A DNA stretch of 35,868 nt, from the NCBI GenBank assembly GCA_035644415.1, contig DASQOP010000301.1, positions 1 through 35,868 on the forward strand, given 5' to 3'. Shown here one piece after another: positions 1 through 9,362 of the stretch. A program made the translations under genes and the position numbers. The first letter of the stretch is position 1, and each line of letters opens with the position of its first letter. This DNA comes from Burkholderiales bacterium (GTDB taxonomy: Bacteria; Pseudomonadota; Gammaproteobacteria; Burkholderiales; JACQAP01). The notes beneath the pieces were generated by a model. That model did no database searches. It was not told the DNA's origin and saw only the letters and a program-made list of their open reading frames with translations.

Positions 1-48
1 CTCGGCAGCCAGCACTGATTCTTTCCGCAGTCCCCTCGCCCCTCGTTC

Positions 49-1233
49 CTACAACAGGCCTCTTCCCGCCAGATTGCGCATCAGGTCGTTGACGCCGAAG
101 GTCCAGGGCACAACCTTGTCGCTATGGTTGACGCGGTTCACCAGCATGCCGAGCGCATCGGCCCGGATGCTCACGATATCGCCGAGCTTGTGAGTGAATC
201 CCTTGCCCTTCTCGCCGCGGTCCTTGGTAGGGGCGAACTGGGTGCCGAGGAACAGCATCGTGCCGTCCGGGTACTGATGCGTCCGGTTCACCGCCTGCGA
301 AGCGAGGTCCAGAGGATCGCGGCTGATGTTGGCGAGATGGCTTTCGCCGCTGAGCCGGTAGCCCTCCGGTCCCGCTACCTCGATATGGATGCGAGTCTTG
401 CGCAGGTCGTCGATACCGTAGCGCTCGTCGAACAGGCGTATGAACGGCCCGATAGCGCAACTGGCATTGTTGTCTTTGGCCTTGCCGAGCAGCAGGGCGC
501 TGCGCCCCTCGAAGTCGCGCAGATTGACGTCGTTGCCGAGCGCAGCCCCGACTATCGCGCCGGCACGGTTGATCGCCAGCACCACTTCCGGCTCGGGATT
601 GTTCCAGGACGAATCGGCCCGAATGCCGATCTCCGCGCCAACGCCGACCGCCGACAAGGGCTGCGACTTGTTGAACACTTCGGCGTCGGGGCCGATACCG
701 ACCTCGAGGTACTGCGACCACAGGTTGCGCCTGATCAGCGATTCCTTGAGGCGCATTGCTTCCGCGGAGCCGGGCTTGACCGATTTCAACTCGGCGCCAA
801 TCTCCGCGCCGATGCTGAGGCGTATCTCCTCGGCTTTCAGCGGATCGCCCTTGGCGTGCTCTTCGATCACGCGTTCGAGCATGCTGGCGATGAAGGTCAC
901 GCCGCAGGCGCGCAATGCCTGCAGATCGCAGGGGGCGAGCAGATAGGGCTTCCTCGGATCGCGCCGGTCGGCATGCGAATTGGAAATCAGGTCGGCAACC
1001 TCGCCGATCTCTCTGGCCCATCCCGTTTTCACCGATTCCCGCGCCATCTTCACCGGGTCGCGGCTGTTGAGCAGTTCGCTCACGGTTGGGGCAACGCGCG
1101 CCAGATCGTGAACCCTGCCGCCGGCGATCACGACAGGGCTGGGCCCTCCCATGCGTCCAGGTACCCATGCGCGGCCGATCAGCGTCGCCCGCTCTGCATC
1201 CGTTGGAAGAATCTGCGCTGTCGAAAGATCCAT
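49..1233 (-). CDS. fumarylacetoacetate hydrolase (FAH) family protein, ~394 aa
   Basis: Track ORF 49..1302 trimmed to the ATG at 1233 (MDLSTAQ...), which follows a GAGAGGGG SD. The longer form would overlap the upstream gene's stop. FAH-fold core pattern: EPEVVLAI..IVGAALGNDVNLRDFEG..LGKAKDNNASCAIGPF. Confidence 0.7.
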   Translation of the reverse strand: MDLSTAQILPTDAERATLIGRAWVPGRMGGPSPVVIAGGRVHDLARVAPTVSELLNSRDPVKMARESVKTGWAREIGEVADLISNSHADRRDPRKPYLLAPCDLQALRACGVTFIASMLERVIEEHAKGDPLKAEEIRLSIGAEIGAELKSVKPGSAEAMRLKESLIRRNLWSQYLEVGIGPDAEVFNKSQPLSAVGVGAEIGIRADSSWNNPEPEVVLAINRAGAIVGAALGNDVNLRDFEGRSALLLGKAKDNNASCAIGPFIRLFDERYGIDDLRKTRIHIEVAGPEGYRLSGESHLANISRDPLDLASQAVNRTHQYPDGTMLFLGTQFAPTKDRGEKGKGFTHKLGDIVSIRADALGMLVNRVNHSDKVVPWTFGVNDLMRNLAGRGLL

Positions 1234-1247
1234 GTGCCCGCCCCTCT

Positions 1248-1796
1248 CTAATCGATCTTCTGCATCAGGAACAGGTACTCGGGCGCGCATTCGGGCGCGC
1301 ACAACACGACCCAGCCTCCGCCGTCGGAGCGAAACCCGAAGTAGGCGTCCATTTCATGACCGAGGTCGTTATGCGCGACCAACTTCACCAAGCGCATCGG
1401 CGGAGAAGTTTCCCGGTAAGTCGGCAGATCCTTCGCAAACATCTCGTGACGCTTCCTTGCGTCGGCCGCACTGAGTTCGGTCGCCTTGAATTCGGTGAAA
1501 TACCGCGGGCCTCCCGTTTGGCGGGAATCCATGGGCGCATAGGCAGGTATGATCGGCCGGTCGAAGAAGCTGCCGGGATAACGCCAGCTCCAGCCGTCGC
1601 GGGCCACGATGGTCTGGGCAGAGGGATTACACTCGACGCTTGCCACTTTCGCGAGCGCTTCCGGCAGCATTTTTACCAGCAATTGCGGAGGATGTTCGCA
1701 GTCCAGCAGCACCGGACCGCTGGTCTCGCCTTCGGAATGCGCCAGAGCCTGAGCAGCGGCGAAAGACAGGAATAACAGGACAACATGAAACGTCAC
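1248..1796 (-). CDS. exported hypothetical protein (Sec signal peptide, 4 Cys), 182 aa
   Basis: GTG start at 1796 with an AGGAGG SD about 5 nt upstream. N-terminus MTFHVVLLFLSFAAAQALA/HSEG looks like a cleavable signal peptide. No family recognised. Lies 14 nt upstream of the FAH gene on the same strand. Confidence 0.55.
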   Translation of the reverse strand: MTFHVVLLFLSFAAAQALAHSEGETSGPVLLDCEHPPQLLVKMLPEALAKVASVECNPSAQTIVARDGWSWRYPGSFFDRPIIPAYAPMDSRQTGGPRYFTEFKATELSAADARKRHEMFAKDLPTYRETSPPMRLVKLVAHNDLGHEMDAYFGFRSDGGGWVVLCAPECAPEYLFLMQKID

Positions 1797-1956
1797 GGTC
1801 TCCTCCTCTTGTTGTGCCGGGGATTATACCGTCGCGAGTATTGCTTTCCGCGGACGCTAACCGTGCATGAAGGTCCAACTGGCGAATTCCATCACCGCGT
1901 GAATTATCCGAATCTCCATTGTTTCAATGGCTTGATTCTCGCCCGAGAGGCTGGAC

Positions 1957-3375
1957 ATGCTTGACCATCCGCTCGTATTCCTCGATCTGGAAACCACGGG
2001 GGCAACGGCGCACTGCGACCGCATAACCGAAATCGGTTTGGTGGAAGTGGATTGCGGGCGCCATGTCGGCGAGTGGAGTTCGCTGGTCAATCCGGAAATG
2101 CGCATCCCACCCTCGATTCAGACGCTCACCGGGATTACCGATGCCATGGTGGCGAACGCCCCCACCTTCGCCGATCTCGCCGAGTCACTCTATGACCGGC
2201 TCGAAGGTAAATTGCTGGTGGCCCACAACGCCCGCTTCGACTACGGTTTCCTCAAGCACGAGTTTCGCCGTCTCGGGTTGCGCTATCAACCCAGGGTGCT
2301 GTGCACCGTCAAGCTGTCGCGCCGGCTGTATCCGCAGCACCGCCACCACAACCTCGACAGCCTGATAGAACGGCATGGCCTGCCCTGCGACGTCCGCCAC
2401 CGAGCGCTCGCCGATGCGCGTGTGCTGTGGGAATTCACCCGCCAGATCCATCTCGACCTCGGGCCCAAAGTGGTCCGTGCCGCCGTGGAGGACTTGCTGA
2501 AAAAGCCGGCGCTGCCGCCGGGCCTGCCGGCCAACGTTCTCGACGACATTTCCGAAGGGCCTGGCGTGTACGTCTTTTACGGCGAGAACGACATTCCGTT
2601 GTACGTGGGCAAGAGCATCGCCTTGCGTTCGCGGGTGATGTCGCACTTCAACAGCGATCATCGCGTCGCAAAGGACATGCGCATCTCACAGGAAATCACG
2701 CGCGTCGAGTGGATCGAAACTGCGGGGGAACTGGGCGCGTTGATCAAGGAAGCGCAGCTGGTCAAACGGCTCGCGCCCATCCACAACCGGCGGCTGCGGC
2801 GCAACAACGATCCGTGCGTCTTCCGCTGGGATGCGGTGAACGGACCGAAGACGCCACAGCTGCTAAGCGCCGCGGACATCGATTTCTCCGGACTGGATAA
2901 GCTTTACGGCATGTTCCGCTCGCGCCGGGTGGCGTTGAACGCGCTGCGGGAAATCGCCGATGAACACGAGCTGTGTCACATCGGGATCGGGCTGGAGAAG
3001 GGCAAAGGCCCCTGTTTTGCCTACCAGCTCAAGCGTTGCCGCGGTGCCTGCGTCGGCGAGGAAAGCGCAATCTCCCATTCGATGCGCGTCACAGAAGCGC
3101 TGCATTCGCTGCGCATGCAGGCCTGGCCGTTTCCGGGGCGGATCGGCATCCGCGAGCACGATCCGCACGGCAGGCGCACTGAAATCCACGTTCTCGACTG
3201 CTGGTGTTACCTGGGCACACTGAACTCGCAGATGGATTTGTTCGACATGCTGCAGACCCGGGCCGAGCCTTCGTTCGATCTCGACACGTACAAGATCCTC
3301 ACCCGCTACTTCAAGTCCAGGCCGCGCAACGTCGAGATCGTCCACCTGCCGGAAAGCGTAAGGCGTGAGGGGTGA
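1957..3375 (+). CDS. DnaQ-like DEDDh 3'-5' exonuclease fused to a GIY-YIG (UvrC N-terminal/Cho-like) nuclease domain, 472 aa
   Basis: N-terminal exonuclease motifs are FLDLETTG, HNARFDYGFL and HRALADA. The GIY-YIG motif is GVYVFYGENDIPLYVGKSIALRSRVMSHF. A downstream Cys cluster reads CFAYQLKRCRGAC. GAGAGG SD lies 7 nt before the ATG. Confidence 0.8.
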   Translation: MLDHPLVFLDLETTGATAHCDRITEIGLVEVDCGRHVGEWSSLVNPEMRIPPSIQTLTGITDAMVANAPTFADLAESLYDRLEGKLLVAHNARFDYGFLKHEFRRLGLRYQPRVLCTVKLSRRLYPQHRHHNLDSLIERHGLPCDVRHRALADARVLWEFTRQIHLDLGPKVVRAAVEDLLKKPALPPGLPANVLDDISEGPGVYVFYGENDIPLYVGKSIALRSRVMSHFNSDHRVAKDMRISQEITRVEWIETAGELGALIKEAQLVKRLAPIHNRRLRRNNDPCVFRWDAVNGPKTPQLLSAADIDFSGLDKLYGMFRSRRVALNALREIADEHELCHIGIGLEKGKGPCFAYQLKRCRGACVGEESAISHSMRVTEALHSLRMQAWPFPGRIGIREHDPHGRRTEIHVLDCWCYLGTLNSQMDLFDMLQTRAEPSFDLDTYKILTRYFKSRPRNVEIVHLPESVRREG

Positions 3376-3444
3376 GGCGCAACCGCCGAAGCAGAATCGG
3401 GTTGTTCCTCAGCTCTCAAATATGCACACGTGAATCGTTTGACG

Positions 3445-4230
3445 CTAACCGTGCTTTGAGAGAAAGCTGAGCAGTGCCTTGTTGAATAACTCGGGCTGTT
3501 CCAGGTTCGACAGATGTGAGGCCGAAGGGATGATCACCAGCTTCGATCCGGGGATTGCATCGTGGATGGCACGCGACATCGCCACCGGCGTGCCGACGTC
3601 CTGTTCACCAACGATGACCTGCACCGGACAGGAGATTGCGCCAAGCCGGTCGGTCAGGTTGATGTTCGGGATGGCGTGGCAGCAGCCGATGTATCCCGCC
3701 GGCCTGGTGGTGCGAATCATCTGTCCCACCCGCTTCATCATCGCCTTGTTACTTTTGTAGAAGGCTTCCGTGAACCAGCGCTGCAGCGTCGGTTCGACCA
3801 GCGGCTCCATCCCCTGCTCTGCGGCGGTCTTGATGCGCCCCTCCCAAACCGGAGTGGCTTCTGCTGGAATCCTGCTCGAGGTATCGCACAGCACCAGGCT
3901 GCGAAAACGATCCGGATGCGCGAGCGCGAAAGTCATGCCGATCATGCCGCCCATTGAAAGTCCGACGAAATGCGTTTCCTCGATACTGAGGCTGTCGAGA
4001 AGGCCCAGCAGGTCTTCCGCCAGCATGTCCAGGGTGTAGGCGCCGTCCGGTGCATCGCTGCCGCCGTGTCCGCGGGTGTCGAAACGCAACACGCGATAGT
4101 GCCGCTTCAACGCGTCCGCCTGTTCGTCCCACATCGAATGGTTGCACGCGAGCGAGTGGCTGAGAACGACCCACGGCCCCTTGCCTTCGACGGCGTAATT
4201 GATCCCGATGCCGTTGCTGTTGACCTTCAT
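3445..4230 (-). CDS. alpha/beta-fold hydrolase, 3-oxoadipate enol-lactonase (PcaD)-like, 261 aa
   Basis: Nucleophile elbow GLSMGG, N-terminal HSLACNHSMWD and RFDTRGHG, and C-terminal SHLSNLEQPE are typical of PcaD-type lactonases. The exact substrate cannot be inferred. Confidence 0.65.
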   Translation of the reverse strand: MKVNSNGIGINYAVEGKGPWVVLSHSLACNHSMWDEQADALKRHYRVLRFDTRGHGGSDAPDGAYTLDMLAEDLLGLLDSLSIEETHFVGLSMGGMIGMTFALAHPDRFRSLVLCDTSSRIPAEATPVWEGRIKTAAEQGMEPLVEPTLQRWFTEAFYKSNKAMMKRVGQMIRTTRPAGYIGCCHAIPNINLTDRLGAISCPVQVIVGEQDVGTPVAMSRAIHDAIPGSKLVIIPSASHLSNLEQPELFNKALLSFLSKHG

Positions 4231-4371
4231 GTCTCCTCCCGTGTGCCGGCTGCAGTATAGGGCGGCGAGCGCAGCCCTTCAACGACCCACAGCCGCGGCA
4301 GCCGCAGATTCGTCGTAACATTCGCATCGCAGGTAAAGCAATCACAAAAATCGGGAACAAAGGGAGGTATC

Positions 4372-5373
4372 TTGAGACTCGTTCAATTCAAAGACCGTTC
4401 CGGCGCCCGCAAGGTCGCCGCGACATCGGAGGACGGCCAGACGCTGCGCGTACTCGCGGGCGTGACACGCACTTACGACCTGGCACTTGCGGCCGCGCGC
4501 AACAAAACACCGCTCGAAGCCGCAGCGAAAGACAAGATCGGGGCGGAAACGGCAAGCTACGACGAAGTGGTCAACGATCACCGCTTGCTGCCACCGCTGG
4601 ACCATCCTGATCCCTACCACTGCCTGATCTCCGGTACCGGGCTGTCGCACCTGGGCAGTGCCGCCGCGCGTGACTCGATGCACGTCAAGCTCAAGCAGGC
4701 GGAAACCGAGATGACCGATTCGATGAAAATGTTCAAGTGGGGCGTGGACGGTGGCAAGCCGCCGCCCGGACAGATCGGCGTTGCTCCGGAGTGGTTCTTC
4801 AAGGGCGACGGCCGCTGCGTAGTCGCGCCGGAACAACCGCTGGAACTGCCATCATATGCGCTCGATGGCGGCGAGGAAGTGGAAGTCGTCGGCCTGTACA
4901 TGGTCGGGGACAAGGGCGCGGTGCTGAGGGTTGGCTTTTCACTCGGCAACGAGTACGCGGATCACGTGATGGAGCGCCAGAACTATCTGTATCTCGCGCA
5001 CTCGAAATTGCGGCCGTGCAGCTACGGGCCGGAGTTGCTGGTTGGCGAGTTACCGAAATCCGTTTCCGGCCGTGCACGGCTGATGCGCGACGGCCGGGAG
5101 ATATGGGCCGAGGACTGGCTCTCGGGCGAAGACAACATGTGCCATTCGATCGCCAATCTCGAGCATCATCATTTCAAATACCGTGATTTCCGTCAGCCCG
5201 GCGACGTGCATGTGCATTTCTTCGGCGCCGCCACCGGCAGCTTCATCAAGAAAATAGAGACCAGGATCGGTGACGTCTTCGAGATCAGTTCGCCGCAGTT
5301 CGGCAGACCGCTGCGCAACCCGCTCGGTCCGGCGCAGGATACCGGCAAGCTGGTAACCGTCCGAGCGTTGTGA
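4372..5373 (+). CDS. AraD1/GguC-family protein (FAH-like fold), 333 aa
   Basis: TTG start with an AGGGAGG SD at 4361-4367. N-terminus MRLVQF.. and the C-terminal pattern GNEYADHVMERQNYLYLAHSKLRPCSYGPE resemble the GguC/AraD1 family as I remember it. Confidence 0.55.
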   Translation: MRLVQFKDRSGARKVAATSEDGQTLRVLAGVTRTYDLALAAARNKTPLEAAAKDKIGAETASYDEVVNDHRLLPPLDHPDPYHCLISGTGLSHLGSAAARDSMHVKLKQAETEMTDSMKMFKWGVDGGKPPPGQIGVAPEWFFKGDGRCVVAPEQPLELPSYALDGGEEVEVVGLYMVGDKGAVLRVGFSLGNEYADHVMERQNYLYLAHSKLRPCSYGPELLVGELPKSVSGRARLMRDGREIWAEDWLSGEDNMCHSIANLEHHHFKYRDFRQPGDVHVHFFGAATGSFIKKIETRIGDVFEISSPQFGRPLRNPLGPAQDTGKLVTVRAL

Positions 5374-5530
5374 GCGACGTGCAAGGCGACATCGGAGCCG
5401 TATCCGCCGCGCAGAAGGCCTTCGACAGCGTGGAACGAACGGGACTCCATCGTATCGCCGCAGGCAAGGTCGTCCGCCTCGCCAGCCGCCGCCACTGAGC
5501 GCAGTTTTCCGGGCTTCGGTTTCTGAAGCT

Positions 5531-5562
5531 AAAAAACGGGCCGCGATGCGGCCCGTTTCATT
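5531..5562. terminator. bidirectional rho-independent terminator, stronger in the minus orientation
   Basis: 9-bp GC-rich stem ACGGGCCGC/GCGGCCCGT (5536-5544/5548-5556) with a 3-nt loop. An A-run lies on the plus-strand 5' side, which is a T-run after the hairpin on the minus strand. TTTCATT lies on the 3' side. Confidence 0.75.
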
Positions 5563-5578
5563 ATCGCTGTGGGTTTTA

Positions 5579-5647
5579 TCAACGTTTCCCGACCTTGTCC
5601 TTTTCGATCAATGCATATGCGGAGTGATTATGGATTGATTCGAAGTT
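5579..5647 (-). pseudogene. 3'-terminal remnant of a diverged folE2 copy (last ~22 codons plus stop)
   Basis: The minus-strand translation is [22 protein letters not shown]. The first 18 residues are identical to the FolE2 C-terminus encoded at 5747-5800. By hand count 44/54 nt are identical and all 10 differences are synonymous. An in-frame TAA at 5648-5650 truncates it upstream. Confidence 0.7.
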
Positions 5648-5667
5648 TTAGTTCCGGCCGCTACGCT

Positions 5668-5693
5668 TAATCGGACCACATGTGGTCCGATTA
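5668..5693. repeat. 26-bp perfect palindrome TAATCGGACCACA|TGTGGTCCGATTA
   Basis: Read directly: the 13+13 nt are exact reverse complements with no spacer. It lies between the folE2 stop and the folE2 remnant. No U-tail follows on either strand. Confidence 0.9.
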
Positions 5694-5722
5694 GCCTGCA
5701 CTGAAATTTCGAGTCCGGAGGC

Positions 5723-6538
5723 TCAGTTCTTCGTCGCAGGCTTAGACTTGTCCTTTTCGATCAGCGCGTATGCCGAATGATTGTGAATGGACTCGAAATT
5801 TTCACTCTCCACCACGTAGGCATCGATGCGCTTGTCCTGGTTCAGCACCGTAGCGATATCGCGCACCATGTCCTCGACAAACTTGGGATTGTCGTAGGCG
5901 CGCTCGGTGACGTATTTTTCGTCCGGACGCTTTAGCAGGCCATAGAGTTCGCAGGACGCCTGGTCTTCGGCGATACGGACCAGGTCCTCGATCCACACGT
6001 GCGTGTTGGTGCGCGCGCTGATGGTCACGTGCGAGCGCTGATTGTGCGCACCGTATTCGGAGATCCTCTTCGAGCACGGGCACAGGCTGGTGACCGGAAC
6101 CACCACTTTCATGGTGAAAACGTACTGGTTCCTGAAAACCTCGCCAACGAACGTCACCTCGTAGTCCATCAGGCTCTTGACCCCGGACACGGGCGCCGCC
6201 TTGTTGATGAAATACGGAAAAGTCATTTCGATATGGCCGAACTCGGCCTCCAGCCGTTTGACCATGTCGCGCAGCATCGCCTCGAAGGACTCCACCGAGA
6301 TTTCACGTTCGTGCGAGTTCAGGATCTCGACGAAGCGCGACATGTGTGTGCCCTTGAAGTTGTGCGGAAGCCCCACGTACATATTGAACGTGGCGATGGT
6401 GTGCTGGACGCCGTCGCTACGGTCCGCCACCCGCACCGGATGGCGGATGGCCTTGATTCCGACCTTGTCGATGGCGAGCCGGCGGGTGTCCGCCGAACTC
6501 TGTACGTCGGGGATCGAGAAGCCTTCGGGGGAATTCAT
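5723..6538 (-). CDS. folE2: GTP cyclohydrolase I type 2 (FolE2/GCYH-IB), 271 aa
   Basis: Track ORF 5723..6658 trimmed to the ATG at 6538 ([15 protein letters not shown]..). The longer form would overlap the dxs 3' end. AGGGA SD lies 7 nt upstream. Size and the conserved stretches GTHMSRF and VTSLCPCSK fit FolE2. Confidence 0.8.
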   Translation of the reverse strand: MNSPEGFSIPDVQSSADTRRLAIDKVGIKAIRHPVRVADRSDGVQHTIATFNMYVGLPHNFKGTHMSRFVEILNSHEREISVESFEAMLRDMVKRLEAEFGHIEMTFPYFINKAAPVSGVKSLMDYEVTFVGEVFRNQYVFTMKVVVPVTSLCPCSKRISEYGAHNQRSHVTISARTNTHVWIEDLVRIAEDQASCELYGLLKRPDEKYVTERAYDNPKFVEDMVRDIATVLNQDKRIDAYVVESENFESIHNHSAYALIEKDKSKPATKN

Positions 6539-6571
6539 GACTGGGTCCCTGGATTTGAGCACATGCGGCCG

Positions 6572-6600
6572 ATTATAGACGCCGCCAATAGTTGAGTAAA
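6572..6600 (-). promoter_or_regulatory. candidate sigma70 promoter for folE2 (TTTACT-17-TATAAT)
   Basis: The minus strand reads TTTACT caactattggcggcgtc TATAAT immediately after the dxs stop. It would give a leader of about 26 nt. Sequence pattern only. Confidence 0.35.
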
Positions 6601-8445
6601 CTACTCGGCTAATTTTATCGCAATTGACGCGTGGATGCCCTCCGCATCCAGTCCGCATTCCTTGAGCAATCGCGCCGGGTCGCCGTGATCGACAAAACGA
6701 TCCGGCAACCCGAGTTGCAAAACTTTCTTCTGAATTCCCTTTTTTTCAAGAGCTTCCAGGACTGCGCTGCCGGCACCACCGAGGATGGTGTTCTCTTCCA
6801 CGGTGACCAGCCATTCGTGTGAGATCGCCAGTTCTCGGATCAGTTCTTCGTCCAGTGGTTTCACGAAACGCATGTTGGCAACTGTCGCGTCCAGTTTTTC
6901 TGCGGCTTCCACGCAAGGCTTGAGGAGCGCGCCGAAAGACAGGATCGCGACCCGCTGGCCGCGGCGGCGCACTTCGCCCTTGCCTATCGTCAGCGCCGTC
7001 AGGTCCTTCTGGACTGGCACGCCCGGCCCGCTGCCGCGCGGGTAGCGCACCGCCGCCGGGCCATCGATCTGGAACCCGGTATGCAGCATCTGGCGGCATT
7101 CGTTCTCGTCACTTGGGGCCATTACCACCATGTTGGGCAGACAGCGCAGGTAGGTAAGGTCGAAGCTGCCGGCGTGCGTTGGCCCATCGGCGCCGACCAG
7201 CCCGGCGCGATCAATTCCGAACAAGACCGGCAGGTTCTGGATGCAGATGTCGTGGATCAACTGATCGTAGGCGCGTTGCAGAAAGGTCGAATAGATTGCC
7301 ACCACCGGCTTCAAACCCTCGCAGGCCAATCCGGCGGCAAAAGTGAGCGCGTGCTGCTCGGCGATACCGACGTCGAAATACCGGTCCGGATACTCCTGGG
7401 AGAAACGCACCAACCCAGAACCTTCGCGCATCGCCGGAGTTATTCCGATCAGGCGCGAATCCAGAGCCGCCGTGTCGCAGAGCCAGTCGCCAAATATCTG
7501 GGTGTAGGTCGGTTTCCCGCCGGACTTGGGTGTGATGCCCGCGTCCGGGTCGAACTTGGTTACCCCGTGGTACAGGATCGGGTCCTTTTCCGCCGGCTCG
7601 TACCCTTTGCCTTTGCGGGTGACGATGTGCAGGAACTGCGGTCCCTCGAGTTTTTTCAGGTTGCTCAGGGTCGACAACAGCACGTCGAGGTTATGGCCGT
7701 CTATCGGACCGATGTAATTGAAGCCGAACTCCTCGAACAAGGTGCCGGGCGTAACCATGCCCTTCACGTGTTCTTCGGCGCGCTTGGCCAGTTCCAGCAT
7801 CGGCGGCACCACTCCGAGCACTTTCTCGCTGGTCTTCCATGCCGCGGCATAGAAACGCCCGGACATCAATTTCGCCAGGTAGTTGTTGAGCGCGCCGACA
7901 TTTTCAGAGATCGACATGTCGTTGTCGTTCAGTACGACCAGGAGATTGGCATCCATCGCTCCCGCATTGTTCAGCGCCTCGAATGCCATGCCGGCGGTCA
8001 TTGCACCGTCGCCAATGATCGCCACCACCCGCCTGTCCTCACCCTTCATGCGCGCCGCCACCGCCATGCCGAGCGCGGCACTGATCGAGGTGCTGGAATG
8101 CGCGGTGCCGAAAGTGTCGTATTCGCTTTCGATGCGGCGCGGAAATCCGGCTACGCCGCCGTACTGTCGCAGCGTCGACATCCGCTCCCGCCGCCCGGTG
8201 AGAATCTTATGGGCGTAGGTCTGGTGGCCGACATCCCAGACCAGACGATCATGAGGCGTATTGAATACATAGTGCAGCGCCACGGTGAGCTCGACCGTGC
8301 CGAGATTGGACGACAGGTGGCCGCCGGTGTTCGCCACCGAATGAATCAGGTAGTCACGCAATTCCCTGGCGAGCGCCGCGAGCTGCTTGCGTTCGAGTGC
8401 GCGCACGTCCGACGGATTGCTGATCTTCTCGAGAAGTTCGTACAT
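6601..8445 (-). CDS. dxs: 1-deoxy-D-xylulose-5-phosphate synthase, 614 aa
   Basis: Full-length Dxs-like protein with the ThDP motif [31 protein letters not shown], and C-terminal transketolase-like domains. Confidence 0.95.
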   Translation of the reverse strand: MYELLEKISNPSDVRALERKQLAALARELRDYLIHSVANTGGHLSSNLGTVELTVALHYVFNTPHDRLVWDVGHQTYAHKILTGRRERMSTLRQYGGVAGFPRRIESEYDTFGTAHSSTSISAALGMAVAARMKGEDRRVVAIIGDGAMTAGMAFEALNNAGAMDANLLVVLNDNDMSISENVGALNNYLAKLMSGRFYAAAWKTSEKVLGVVPPMLELAKRAEEHVKGMVTPGTLFEEFGFNYIGPIDGHNLDVLLSTLSNLKKLEGPQFLHIVTRKGKGYEPAEKDPILYHGVTKFDPDAGITPKSGGKPTYTQIFGDWLCDTAALDSRLIGITPAMREGSGLVRFSQEYPDRYFDVGIAEQHALTFAAGLACEGLKPVVAIYSTFLQRAYDQLIHDICIQNLPVLFGIDRAGLVGADGPTHAGSFDLTYLRCLPNMVVMAPSDENECRQMLHTGFQIDGPAAVRYPRGSGPGVPVQKDLTALTIGKGEVRRRGQRVAILSFGALLKPCVEAAEKLDATVANMRFVKPLDEELIRELAISHEWLVTVEENTILGGAGSAVLEALEKKGIQKKVLQLGLPDRFVDHGDPARLLKECGLDAEGIHASIAIKLAE

Positions 8446-8459
8446 GTCCGTGACCGAAT

Positions 8460-9362
8460 TCAGAACCGCCGCAACACGATAAAATCAGCGAGTGGGCGAA
8501 GCTGTCCGCCATTCTGAGGAAGCGCGTCCAGTGCGCGCAATGCGTCGTCGCGCAATTCGGCGGCGAATTTGCGCGCCCCTTCGAGACCAAGCGCGCTCAC
8601 GTAAGTCGGTTTGTTGTTCTTCGCATCCTTGCCCGCGGTCTTGCCCAGCGTCGCTGTGCTGGACTGGGCATCCAGCACGTCGTCGACCACCTGGAAGGCC
8701 AGACCGATGAACTTGCCAAAGCGATCCAGTTCCTTGAACTGCGCTTGTGACATCGCGTCGCCGCAACGCGCACCCAGCGCCACGGAGGCCCGGATCAGTG
8801 CACCGGTCTTGTGGACATGCATGAATTCCAGCTCGGTTACTGCGAGCGTCTTGCCGGTGGCCTCGAGGTCGATTGCCTGTCCGCCCGCCATGCCGCGTGA
8901 GCCACAGGCACGCGCGAGAAATTCGATCATCTCCACCTGGTGCTGCGCGTTGTCGGCCATCGATTGCTCGGATATGACTTGAAAGGCAAGGCTGTGCAAG
9001 CTGTCGCCGACCAGCAGAGCGGTGGCTTCGTCGAATTCCAGATGCACCGTGGGCTTGCCTCTGCGCAGCACATCGTCGTCCATGCAAGGCAGATCATCGT
9101 GCACCAGCGAATATGCATGGATCATTTCCACCGCGGCCGCCGCGCGATCCACCCGCTGCGGGTCGGCACCGGAGAGCTCGCCGGCCCCGTAAGCAAGCAG
9201 CGGCCTGACACGCTTGCCTCCACCCAACACGGCATAGCGCATCGCCGCGTGCAGACGGGCGGGGGCAAGCTCCGCTGCCGGCAACAAGGCATTCAGGGTC
9301 TTTTCGATGCGGTCCTGACGGTCCAGCATCCAACCCTGAAAATCATTCCTTGCCGTCGTCAC
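8460..9362 (-). CDS. ispA: (2E,6E)-farnesyl diphosphate synthase, 300 aa
   Basis: First and second Asp-rich motifs are [12 protein letters not shown] and FQVVDDVLD. Classic xseB-ispA-dxs order. The start at 9362 overlaps the xseB 3' end by 20 nt; an alternative ATG lies at 9329. Confidence 0.9.
   Translation of the reverse strand: MTTARNDFQGWMLDRQDRIEKTLNALLPAAELAPARLHAAMRYAVLGGGKRVRPLLAYGAGELSGADPQRVDRAAAAVEMIHAYSLVHDDLPCMDDDVLRRGKPTVHLEFDEATALLVGDSLHSLAFQVISEQSMADNAQHQVEMIEFLARACGSRGMAGGQAIDLEATGKTLAVTELEFMHVHKTGALIRASVALGARCGDAMSQAQFKELDRFGKFIGLAFQVVDDVLDAQSSTATLGKTAGKDAKNNKPTYVSALGLEGARKFAAELRDDALRALDALPQNGGQLRPLADFIVLRRF

Noticed and set aside
1797-1956. I searched for a LexA/SOS box upstream of the exonuclease-GIY-YIG gene.
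   Set aside because: No CTGT-N8-ACAG-type motif is present. Only a 6-bp inverted repeat (CCATTG ttt CAATGG, 1916-1930) was seen, which is too short to interpret.
5379-5498. A GC-rich 157-nt tail lies between the AraD1-like stop and the terminator, including a 39-codon GTG ORF (VQGDIGAVSAAQKAFDSVERTGLHRIAAGKVVRLASRRH).
   Set aside because: It has no SD and no recognisable motif. GC3 is equally high in a second frame, so codon bias is uninformative. It may be a degraded gene tail or a long 3'UTR. BLASTX would be needed.
7081-8517. Long ORFs lie antisense to well-supported genes. Examples are 7081..8517(+) 478 aa opposite dxs, 10296..11597(-) 433 aa opposite the Rieske and rhodanese genes, 124..1251(+), 15252..16343(+), 17415..18518(+), 30054..31178(+) and 32035..32769(+).
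   Set aside because: Their translations are Arg/Ala/Gly/Pro-rich low-complexity sequences with no recognisable motifs. They fully overlap genes with clear homolog signatures. Stop-codon-poor shadow frames of this kind are expected in ~60+% GC DNA.
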